Both the position numbers and the translations under genes were made by a program. Below, one piece after another: positions 24,991-36,086 of a stretch of 64,000 bases of DNA. Source of the DNA: Dipteris shenzhenensis (taxonomy: Eukaryota). The stretch lies in NCBI GenBank assembly GCA_047967505.1, contig CM106538.1, one strand, 5' to 3'. Each line of letters starts with the position of its first letter. Positions within the stretch are counted from its first letter, which is position 1. The notes beneath the pieces were generated by a model. The model made no database searches and was not told where the DNA came from. It was given only the letters and a program-made list of their open reading frames with translations.

Positions 24991-27900
24991 GTGCACTACA
25001 ACAACTCCAGAGGCAGTGATGGATTGTCTCCAGAAATCCAGCAGAGTAGCAGTGACACTGCCCCTCCACCCGCATCTGCTCCAACCACGGGGCCTATGGG
25101 CAAGCCTCCATGGGCGGCAAGCTAGAAGAAGTAGGAGATCTTCCTCAGTCACAAACTGGACCATAGGCACATCCCAAACCTAAAACGAACCTCCTTGGGC
25201 ACCCTTTGGGCCACCCAATGCCTCTCCCTCGAAGGGGTCCAAGTTGAAGAGTCCATCTGAAGCCTCTTGCCAATCCGATTGGTAGACCAAAATTTGTTGG
25301 GCAAAGATGTATCCTTCATCTTACACCATATCATCTCTATCAAGATTTTATTGTTGAGTTTTGCATTACCATTTGTTTGGTGTGCATGGCATTGTACATT
25401 GATGTATGGTGCCATGAGATGCTAGGAAATCAGCAAACTCTTTGGACATACACTTGACCCTGTTGTTAGTTTGAAGTGTGAAAAGATTCTATCCGCTTTT
25501 ATTCTCAACCATAGCAAAGAACTACTTGGAACATGAAAAGGCATATGACTTGGATTTCAATGGGTAAATCTAACTAGGTCGGGGAATATCGTCCACACAA
25601 GTTCTAAAGTATGGCTACCCAAAACAGATGATGTCTTCATTGGACCACACCCATGACGGTGTGTACCAACACTCCCATCTTTAGGAAATATATCACAAAT
25701 ATGTTTACAAGCATGCATCTTTGGGAGATCAATGACCATATTCTATGGATGGATCTGACCAGGCTGCCATAATTCAGATGCCCAAAATGCTGATGCCACA
25801 AATGAGTGTCAGTAATTGCAGAACTCTCTACTATAAGTGCTGCAGTTTCGGTCTCCCCATCATAGGCATTGAGTCTATATAGGCTCCTAGTCAATTTTCC
25901 AGTGATAACAATGGTATTGCATCTCTAAAATAATAGGCATCACAATTTTCGGTCTCCCCGTCATAGGCATCTAATCTATAGACTCCTAGTCAATTTTCTA
26001 GTGATAACAATGGTATTGCCATCTCTAAAATAATAGGCATCACAATGGTAATCATGAAAGATAACTCTATACTCGAATATAGCAATGGTTAAAATGGATA
26101 TAAGATTCTTTTTTATTCTTGGAACATACAAACTATCCTAAAAAGAGATAGGTAGCTTGACGCTATAGGTAAACTCAATTTGACCAATGCACTTCACGGC
26201 ATAAGAATTTGCATTATGGCGAGAAGTCACATTGCCTCCTTGAACTTATTATGCAAAGAAAGAAATAACTTCTTGCAAGAAGTATTGTGCTTAGAAGCAC
26301 CATTGTCAAATGCATGAATCATGAATAGAAGGATTGGATTGACATGTAACCATAAAAGCCCAATTATGATGAGCAACATTGGTTGATTCATCGTTTCATG
26401 GGAATATGAAGCATCAATAATTGCAAGGCTAGACTACTGCTACTTCTTCGTTGATTCTGTTTTGGCATTGAAAAATGTCATGACCTGTTTCCTTGTAAGG
26501 GTTGCACCTCTTCTTTTTTTTATATGCGTTCTGGTTGGCATCCAAAAAACTCTCACAATTTTGCTTGGTTTCCCACAAGTCTTTATTGTTTTTGTATTAC
26601 CCTTATGATAGGTAGCAAATGCCTGATCACCTAACATAGAGGCATTTTGATAAGCAGAGTTTTACTCTTCCCTCAAAGGCAATTATCACTGCACCCATCA
26701 CTAAGGGTGGTGATGATGTTGTTGACTCTTCTTAATCTGTCAGCACTACCCCAATGCCTCCAACTCAAGAACAAACCACATGGGATGGTAGAAATGCTTG
26801 GGCATGTGCCTTAACTACATTGTAAGCTAAGAGCATGAGAATCCCTCTCATTTGGTCTTGCAAAACTCTAGAGTTAGCCTCTTTGTATCAGATATGCAAT
26901 GAAGCAAGGGTTGCACTTTTGCGAAAGCCATTAGATGCCTTGAAGATGGATGAGGGCGAAAGCACGGATGCCTATCTAACAAAGGTCAAGGAATTTAAAG
27001 AGTAATTGGCCAACATTGATGAGGTTGTGCTATATAGTCAGATTGTGCCCACAACGCTAAGGGTTTGCAGCCACGTTGAGGCTAACCATTAAAACTTTGA
27101 TTAACTAATTGCTTTATGATTAAAGAATCCAAAACAAATCTGACTCAATCAAAGGATTGCACTAAGGCAAGTGCAAATGTTTCATTTTGATCACACAAGG
27201 TCAATAGCCTACACGAAATTTGAGTGTTGAAATGTGCTACCTACACACTACTGTAACTGAGTGTGTAGAAATAATATATAGGAAACAAGGTTGGGTATTG
27301 TCAAACCGTAATATCTATATATTTTTTGATCTTCAAAAGTGAGCTCCAAGTGAGTCAATTTCTCCATAGTTGGATGCACTAGTGTAGTCTAGGTTGGGCA
27401 ACTCAAAACTCAGTTACAGTAACATAGAACAAAAATAAGTCTCGAAGATGACAACAGGCTCCATGCCCAAGAAAATAGTGCTAATTGCACCCACCTAATT
27501 CAAATAGAAAAATAGAGTGAAAATCAATCTAAAAAATGAGGCAAAAGCTTAAAAACTGATAGAATGAGTAACCAAACGACTTGAAATGGTCTTCTATAGG
27601 CAGTTGCTCCTTAAATAAACACAAAACTACCGCGAAATGAGGCTGGACGGCTTCAAAATAATGTAGGAGGGCTTCAAAATGCAACATGACAATAGTGACT
27701 TGCAAAGAGTCTTTAGAAGCGTGAAGTACTGGCAGTTAGGGATTTCATACAACAAAAACTCAGCTAAAGACATCTGCAAAGGAGGTGCACAGTAGAGAAG
27801 TGCTCTAGGGATGCTTTCTCAATAGTCACACAGCAAGACAAGGCTCATAAATGCTTTAGGACATGTCACAAAATAGGCGTAGATGATACTACTATAGGGT

Positions 27901-30775
27901 TGTGTGGAAGCAATGAGCATAAATGTGAGTGCAAGGGTGTAGGAGCTGAAGTTGAACTGATGTTAATTGCAGCAAAATGTTACAACTGAAGTGAAGAGAC
28001 AACCCTATGAAGGCTAGACCTAAATAACTCATGTTACAATTTGTTTTCAAAGAGCTGATTAAAACGATGCAATAAGACTAGAACTAACTACAAGGCCATG
28101 CTAGTGGGCTAAACCTAACAATATTGGTGTGAATGTATTAGAGGATTAAAGCAACGGAAGAAGATTAATTTATGAACTTTGAGGAAGCTAGGTGGATAGA
28201 AGTCATTGATACATCCAAGAAACAATGAACTTGCACATTACTTAAAGTCATGTTGACAAAATCACTTACTCAAAGAAGACACTTAGGGAGAAATGAACTT
28301 CCACATCATAGAGATGTTAGTGAAAATTAGATGAGAAAAATTCCATATGAAGATAACCATTGCACTTATAAGAAAAATCAACAATTGCAAACACTCTTAT
28401 CGGTTCCATCAAAATTTGCCAAACGAGTACACTCCTACCAAGACATTATACAATTGGAGCCATGCAATCACAAGATATTCTACAATAAAGGGAAAACATA
28501 GTATGTCAAGGTATATTAATTTGATATGAAAGAACAAGCACACACATTGCTCAAAAGTGTGAAGTAAGATGGCAGCCTTGAACCATCACAAACAAATGGG
28601 GTGTCTACCTTTGTTTGAGTTGGTTAAGTTTTGCATGTTTCCTTGTGAGCTTATATAAGGGGGTTCCTATTCCTTATATAAGGAGCTTATATAAGGTGGT
28701 CCTATTCTGATCCATCAATGTGTTGATAAGCGCAGCAGAACTAGGATGGGTTAGGTGGGAACATAGCATCGTTTCATGTGTCTAAGAAGTGGTGACAAAG
28801 ACACATGTAATTATTCCATCCTTTTCAATCCCTAAGAAAGGTTTCGATTTCAAGGTCTTGAGGCCATGGTTCAAAATGGGAGAAAAATTGCCTATTCCCA
28901 TTCTAAACTCATGCAAGACCACCATGCTCTAGATGGAAATAATGATGACAAATAGATCCCCATTCTTTTCATACACATCCTTACTCTCATTCTATCTTCA
29001 CACCAAATTATGATCATAAAAAATTTAAGAAATGGTTAATTTATGATTTTACCTCTCTACAAGGTCTTGAATGATAGAAAGCATCCTGTTGATGGTTACC
29101 AATGTGTAGGGTGCAATGTGTGCATTGCTTGTCTACCAGTCTTAACATAAAGATCAAATACCTCATGTAATTTCTCTTCTTTTGGAGTTTAGAGATACTT
29201 TAGATTTTTTATTTGTCCTTAAGGAATGCTAAAATTTATATCTTGGAAAAGGTATCCTCCATTAAAATAATAAGTCCGTTGGAATACTCCAGGCTGTAAC
29301 ATGGATGAAAACGTATGTAGAATGAGCATCAAAGAACATAGACATAAACTTAAGGGAAAAGACAAGCTGTATTCTAGAAGGTAAAAGACGAGCTGTATTA
29401 TAGAAAGAACATAAATAGTAATTTGAAGGAAAGGACGAGTTATATTATAGAAGGGCAACCGATTACAAACAAATCTAAGAGTGTGTGCTTTGTGCTATGA
29501 ATACATTTTGCTCTCTCGTGAAATAGCACATAATACTCAAGGCTGTGCTTTCTCTTAGCCTCGATTCTTACTCTCATTTTAGCCTTTGCTAGTTGTTGTC
29601 ACCCCTTTTAAAGGATGTGAGTATCCTCTTCTTTGGAGCTAGCTGCCATTGCCCGTCGGTAGCTTCTTGATCTTCTTGCAAGAGGATTGTAAGATCATAA
29701 CCGTTGCTATAACTACCATGACGATCTTGGTCTACTTCCATGAGGATCTTGGCTTATCACCTCACCATTGAATTGCAATCTCTACCATGTCCAAGGTGAG
29801 TCCTCGTGTGACTATTGGGGGTTACCATATAAGACTGAGTCCTCGTGGACTAAACCTTGGAGGAGACTCGGGTAAGGGGTTGGCAAGGACAAGTTTTCTT
29901 TCAAAGCTCGGGGATTGGGATGACCACTTGTGGATGGTTTCTTGGGCACCACAATCCCTATTTTTCTTGGCTATTGTAGGGCCTAGCATTGAGGGCATGG
30001 GATGGCCATGGGGGGCGACTTGCGAGGTGCGTATTTGGTGTAAATGAGTTGCTAGGATCTTGGGGGCCACATGGGGCTAAGAGAGGGTGTGGGGGGAAAT
30101 TGGGTTGGGGTCCATGGAAGGCACCTTGGGCAACCAAGGATATATCACATAGACCTCTAAGAAGACCTACACTCTTGCTTCCATTATTCAATGACATGCA
30201 CCACGTTCAGGTGTATGATGCGCTACCCTTTCTTGCTTTTGGTGTCGAAAAAACTCCACCAATGGATCCTCAACATGTGGACAACGTGGAGATATTAATC
30301 TTGTTTCTAAGCCCTTTTATCATGTCGATCTCATTCCATAAGCCGTGGCCATTACGACATTCGATTGAATGAGATCATCATGAAAAGTGGATTACAAATA
30401 ACATTTACATTCCAAAAGTGAGTTGAAAATAACAAAACCTATATGACTTCAACAGTCAACAAATATTATTTTGGGTTTGTGCCTGCTCACCCATCTCCTC
30501 TACTTGACATAACATGAAATTTGCACATATGTACACAATATTAGTTATGAAAAGTTGATGTGATTATTCATTAGGGGAGAATTGGGGTCTCAAAAGGGCC
30601 TCATAAGGAATGGATTAGTCCTAATAAAAGGGCCAAGGTAGATCCCAAAAAGTCCTAACCCCCCCTCACCTAGGTGGGTTAAGCCCAAAAGTGACCCCAC
30701 CTCCTACACCTCTTACACAACTCTTACTCCTAGGTGGGAACCAAAAAATTCAAAATTCAAAATTCAAATTTTGGA

Positions 30776-31270
30776 TTCCCTCCCTCCTTCTCTCTCCTCC
30801 CTCCCTTCCTTCCCCTCCTCCCTCCCCCTCCCTCACTCCCCCTCCTCACTCCCTCCTCCCCCTCCCTCCTCCTTCCCCTCCCTCCCTCCCTCCTGCCCCT
30901 CCCCCCCCTTCCTCCCCCTCCCCCTCTTCACTGCCTCCTCCCCCTTCCTCCTCCTCCCCCTCCCTCCCTCCCTCCTCCACGCTTGCTCCTCCTACCCTCC
31001 CCCTCCCTCCCTCCTCCACGCCTGCTCCTCCTTCCCTCCCCCTCCCTCCTCCTCCATCATTGCTCCTCCTCCCCCCTCCCTTTGGCTCCTCCCTCCTCCC
31101 TCCCTCCTCCACCACGCCTACTCCTCCTCACCCTCCACACCTGCTGGTTTGCCCCCCTTCTCTCCTCTTCAACTACTGGTCCTCCCCCATCCCTCCTCCG
31201 CCTTGCCCTCCCTCTTCCTGCGTGTTGCTTCTTCAAGCCTACATCTCCACACCTTCTCCTTCTCTACACT
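30776..31270. repeat. Polypyrimidine (C/T) low-complexity tract upstream of the transposase
   Basis: Almost pure C/T. Its reverse complement is present at ~55755-56260. Confidence 0.9.
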
Positions 31271-31279
31271 CCTTTAGTC

Positions 31280-33936
31280 ATGGCACTATTCGAGGACATC
31301 TCCAACAAGTACCAGGTTCACTTAGAGTTGGAGGATGAATATGCAAGCACACGTAGTCTGGGATTGAGGGGAGCTTCTAAAATCCACAGTCTTTGTTCGC
31401 AAGGAAAGAAGCATCTCGACCTTTGGGTAGAATTATCCTTGTATCCTTTAGATCCTGCTAACCAAAAGAGCCCTCCTTTCCATACAATGCATGAGCTAGT
31501 TCAGTTTGTTGGAAATGGACATGCGGGGTTGCTTGGTTATTGCAATCGGTTAAACAATGCTCAGTCAATGGCTATGCAAGCAAGTGAGATGCATAGAGCC
31601 TAGGTAGAGATGCTAGCACATTTTGGAAATAGCACCACTGTTGCAATGCATAACTCTATGCAGGATCTTCAAAGGAAGAACTAGGATCTTAATGATAAAG
31701 CCAAAGCATTGGACTTGGAGTGAAATGCATTGGACTTGGAGCGACATAAATTAGAAGAGTCACTCTGTAAGCTAGTTGAGTCCAAAAAAGGCTTGGAAAG
31801 ATCTATATACAATTAAGTTTGATGAGCTGTAGACAAGGAACGAGAGAAGGCAGAAGAACGAGTGCAAAAGATGAAAGAAACACCTTTGGGATTGAAGGAG
31901 AGGAAAAGAAGGTACTTACATAACATGGATGCATTGGCACCCACTAGTGGTGATAGAAAGAGGAGAGTCTGGGCTACAAGGTTGGTTATCAAATGTTCCA
32001 ATGAAATTACACTCTTTTGTGCTGCATTGTTTGTGACTAAGTTTTTCTTGTGTTCTTCTTTAGGAACTCATGGAAGATGTGATGGGAAGAACAGATGGGG
32101 ATGATATTGACTGTTCATATGCTCTAGCTAGTTTATTGAAGTCAAGCGATGTCATTGGGATACTAAGGGACCCAAGACACAAGTGCCTACATGTGCAAGT
32201 TGCTGAAGAGGTGATGAAGGACCTCAAGGATATTTTGGATGCAAAGGAGAGGCTTGCAGCTTGTGATACTGCCGGTGTAAGTCGTGAAGCTTACACATCT
32301 GTTTTCAAAATTTTCAAGTCTGCTATTTTGGGAAAGTATAAGAAGTCTATAGCGCCCCTACCCACACCTTGGTCTGTGAGACATGCATGGCGAGAAACAA
32401 ACCAATGTGCAAGGGAAATGCTTGGAGGGTACCATTTTGTAAGGGGTACAATGACTTGGAAGAGTAAAAATAAATCTGGCTTGCACATTATAGCATTGCA
32501 CTTTACTTAGTTCATTTCCTATATCATGTTTATCCTAACGATTTCTCTCTTTTGTTGTACAGATTGCAGTGGAAAGTCATATTTGTCATCAAAATGGATG
32601 AAGCTCAATTGGTGAAAGAACACAAGTTAGAGAGAGTGAGCATTTGCATTATGAGAATAAAGCCTTAGCCTTTGTTCAAGGGAGCGAAGAAGTAGAGCAA
32701 GATTTCTCAGTGCAATCAGAGAAAGATATATGATGGCTTGCAGCATTTGAGACTCCGAAAGAGTGCCATGAGACATTGAAGTGGGTTCTAGATAGAACAG
32801 GAATCCCATCGGCGATCCGAAGACAAGAGGAAGGGAAAACATTGACAATCGATGGCCATGGAACATTTCGAGTTGAATGGCATCTTGCTGGTGATTTGGA
32901 AACCCTCAGGTGCTTGCATGGTTGTGATATAGGGAAAATGCCATGAACACATGCCTTTATTACATGTGTTCGCAACGTAAGCAAAAGGTTGGCTTACAAT
33001 GGGAGAATGGCATTCTATCTTGTAGCCAAATGCAAGCTCCCAATCGCAACAAGAAGGATCCAAAGTGGGATCCCATCTTGCCCATCCCACTTGCGAGAGT
33101 ACACATATGTACTTTACATGCAGAACTGCGCATACTTGATAAGTTGTTGTATTTGCATCTTGTTTATGCTTGGAATCTAATTCTGCCTATTGAACCACAA
33201 TTTCGACAAAGACAAACATATATTGTCTCAAAGCAGTTTGGGTTGGGAATACTGGAAAGCATTGTGTGAATGCATGACCAATAAGGCTTCTCATCCTCAA
33301 GTAGCTCAACTTTGAGAGCTAAAGTATGGACAAAGGTAGATGCGTTGATAAAATTTCTTCACCAGGTTCAAATCGATGAGATGTATTATGAAAGGTTCAG
33401 GATGGTTGTGAAAGAGTTTATGCAATTAATGTGTGAAAGCATGGGGGGAGTCGCACATTACGCATTACATGGTAATCTTGGCACCATCGTAATATTTAGC
33501 ACTTGCTTTATATAAACAGTTTTTGTTGCTGAAATGATTCTCATCATGTTTGCAGCATACTCTCTATGCACACGGACCATGGTTTGTACAAAATTGGGAC
33601 CCTTTGTCCATTTGGAATACACAAGGCATGGAGAAGTCGCACTATAGAGCCAAGGTAGCCTACTTTAAGAACTCAAGTCATGGTGGTGGTGTCACTCGCA
33701 GCAATGCATTGCATGAGATGTTTGACTGGTTTTTTAGATGTTTACTAGGAAGGACTTTGAAGTCTGAAAAGGCAAAGGCATCAGAACTTGCAAAAGTAGT
33801 TCGAATTGTATCAAAGAATAGAAGGCATAGTGCTTGGAAAGCATTCGTAGGGAGTCGAGGAGTCGCACGTTGGTTGCAAGCTAGAGTGAGAGAAGGGAGC
33901 AGATGGGTCCAACCACCAACAGAAGCTATTATGTAA
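31280..33936 (+). pseudogene. Four-exon DDE transposase with RAG1/Transib/Chapaev-like core (disrupted)
   Basis: Exons 31280-31980, 32064-~32484, 32563-33471, 33556-33936 with GT-AG introns (one donor deleted). Motifs IKMDE, WHLAGDL, CTLHAELR, ITHYM|HTLYAH, PLSIWNTQGMEKSH. Contains stops and deletions. Confidence 0.82.
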
Positions 33937-33951
33937 TTGTATACAAATATG

Positions 33952-34206
33952 CAGAAGACCACTAACAACCTGATCCTACGTGCTCCCTTCCAACGTGTGG
34001 TACGGGAGATAGCATAGGGATACAAGGACAATGTGCGATTCAACACAGGAGCTATGGGGGCGCTCCAGGAGATGGCGAAGCAAGTGACCATCACTCTGTT
34101 CGAGGATGCCAACTTGTGTGCTATCCATGCAAAACACATCATGGTCATGGACAAGGACATGGCTCTAGCAAAGCGGCTATGGAGTGACCCAAGCTTGAAG
34201 CCCTAG
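33952..34206 (+). pseudogene. Histone H3-like histone-fold domain (N-terminus deleted, one in-frame stop)
   Basis: [83 protein letters not shown] aligns without gaps to canonical H3 [22 protein letters not shown]...[28 protein letters not shown]. Confidence 0.93.
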
Positions 34207-34391
34207 ATTCTCTTGCAGCCCACTCTTAGGACTTAGACCACCCCCTACCCTTGAAGGCAGTATCTTGTATCTAAGGCCCAAGGGCCGATCTTTTTTAATA
34301 AAATATATCCACATTCTGTACACTATCACATTGTTGTGTATCCTCCATTTCTATGACTGAAGTAATTCATCATTTTAATGTAAGTTTTGAA

Positions 34392-34574
34392 TTCTATCAA
34401 ATCCTGAAGGAATTTCACCGTCGCGTAGAAGGGAAAAGTGTTCAGGACATCACCAGGACCTCAGAATGCCCAAATTTGCACCGTGGTGGGTTTCGGGCTT
34501 TCTAGGGTCTTGGCAACATCCTGGACACTTTTTCCTTCTGCACGACAGTGAAATTCCTTCAGGATTTGATAGAA
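34392..34574. repeat. ~183-bp imperfect palindrome/hairpin between convergent genes
   Basis: Arms TTCTATCAAATCCTGAAGGAATTTCAC...GTGAAATTCCTTCAGGATTTGATAGAA. Confidence 0.92.
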
Positions 34575-34785
34575 ATGAACTTTCGATACCCAGAATTGGT
34601 GAAAATGATATTAAATTGGCTAGAAATGTATTAAATTAACACAATTAAATGATGGAGAAAATATATCTTCAATGACTTAAACAATATACAATGGAATTCA
34701 TGACGAGCAACGATAACTTAAAATAAATATTAAAGACATGTAGTCATGCATCTAATAAAATTTATGTTTATATATACAAAAGGCT

Positions 34786-36086
34786 TCACAAGCTATCTTT
34801 CTTCTTGGCTAGTTTGAGTACATCAAGAATAGGGGTCTTTGAATCCCCTAGTGGATTCCTAGATATAAATCTAGCCACAATAGCACTAACATCCTCCTCT
34901 CCTACTGCCAAAGACATAGCTGTTGGCGTCAATGCCTTGCCATGAATGTTCAATCCAAAGGCATTGATAACAGCCAGCCGGTGTACCAAAATGACTTTGT
35001 CAGCATTCCGAGTAATGTTGGAGTATCTGATAGCGCGTGACAATGCCTTGCACTTTAGCGGCTCCGCTCGAGGAGAAAATTTGCTGTGAAAGACCACGAT
35101 ATGCTCTGTGACTTTGCCAAGGTAATGGGCCAAAGAATGATCTTGCCCAAATGCGCTGCAAACATTACCCGGTCGAGATGAGAATTCATCAAGCTCAAAC
35201 GCATCCTGCAACAATTCAACAAACATTAGAAGACCAACAAAACAATTTATACTAAAAGAACATCAAAATAAAAAATATTGTTCGAACTCTCCACTACAGC
35301 ATCGTCGGCTTCTATCCCTTCCTCATTTGTAATGTTGATGGAACCAGGTGCTGTGTGATGTTCCATTTGGGAGGTGGATGCTTTCTCCTAAACTGTGTTG
35401 GAGGTGGAAGCTTCTGCATGAGAGGGTTGTGCATCGTATATAGACATGTCTACATCCCTCATTGAAACCAACATCATCAAGAGAAAGTCTTCCATTGTCT
35501 GGTCTTCAGAACCTAAAACCCCAGGATCTTTGACACGTGTTAACATCGAACCCCGATAGGATTCCGAGTGCCTCATTCTATCGTAATCCAAAAAGAACCT
35601 CTATGTCATGGAGGAATAGTACTCTTCTCCATCGATGATGAGGGGGGACAAGGACCATAATTCTGATTTTGGGTCAGTGGTCTCCGATGCAGATTCTTGC
35701 TCTACTAGAGGCTCTCAAAGTAGGCTCAATGCTTGAGCTACTTCCATCTCCTCTATTGCATCATCAAGACTCTCTTTCATGTACATGTCTGAGACTAGTC
35801 TAGGGACGACTAGATCAACTATTCTACTAGAGGGGGTGCTAGATGACGAGGCTTCTTCCTCTAAATTTCCTTCTTGGAGAAGGAAGATGAATGTCATCTC
35901 CCATGAAAGAAATTTGGTGCTGGTATTTCTTATGATGCCCAATGTCTCCTTCCCCTTCTCTTGAGACGTGCTCTCCACGACCACGTCATCGTCTACTATG
36001 TCCTCAAGTAAAGGAGTTTGCCCTATATCAGTGTCAACTAAAATAGGCACAGGTAGGCAGCGTTTGCCCTTCTGACTTCCATTCAA
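34786..36086 (-). pseudogene. Transposon-borne ORF3 of unknown function (acidic N-terminal part, conserved C-terminal domain)
   Basis: Open last exon 34786-~35226 and a stop-interrupted acidic frame 35290-36086. Homologs at 49910-50510 (-) and 52250-52395 (+). Confidence 0.7.

Larger units (their letters stand above)
18371..28120 (-). mobile_element. Old Copia element with nested insertions; 5' LTR 27893-28120, 3' LTR 18371-18626
   Basis: Two related LTRs; polypurine tract at 18627-18640; decayed PBS near 27885. Protease DNGASKH; LWHQHFGHLN; integrase split between ...LPNKFW (~25285) and WLYAIMCANYVLYRSPT...TPYEDW...KCIFICYS (~19870-19640). Confidence 0.75.

Noticed and set aside
28780-30420. 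Possible Gypsy gag/integrase remnants (also ~43000-44700 and ~56860-57240)
   Set aside because: Too decayed to cite reliable motifs, so left unannotated.
30569-30602. RSS heptamer/nonamer in the terminal repeat
   Set aside because: CATTAGG differs from CACAGTG, and the CAAAA tract is only a weak nonamer match.
30691-31338. Proline-rich extensin-like ORFs (also the Pro- or Gly/Glu/Arg-rich ORFs at 55748-56263)
   Set aside because: C/T-only tracts lack stop codons in every frame, and indels between the two copies do not preserve one frame.
33678-34160. 160-aa minus-strand ORF
   Set aside because: It is the antisense shadow of the transposase last exon and the H3 fold.
33952-34206. Host canonical H3 gene or CENH3
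   Set aside because: Too divergent for canonical H3 and embedded in a repeated element. It keeps PFQR, the loop-1 Phe and the canonical loop length, unlike CENH3.
34392-34574. Histone mRNA 3' stem-loop
   Set aside because: That element is a 6-bp stem with a 4-nt loop and is not used by land-plant histone mRNAs; this hairpin is ~180 bp.
34786-36086. ORF3 as a true RAG2 homolog
   Set aside because: Only its position and acidity resemble RAG2; no kelch repeats or PHD Cys/His pattern are visible.
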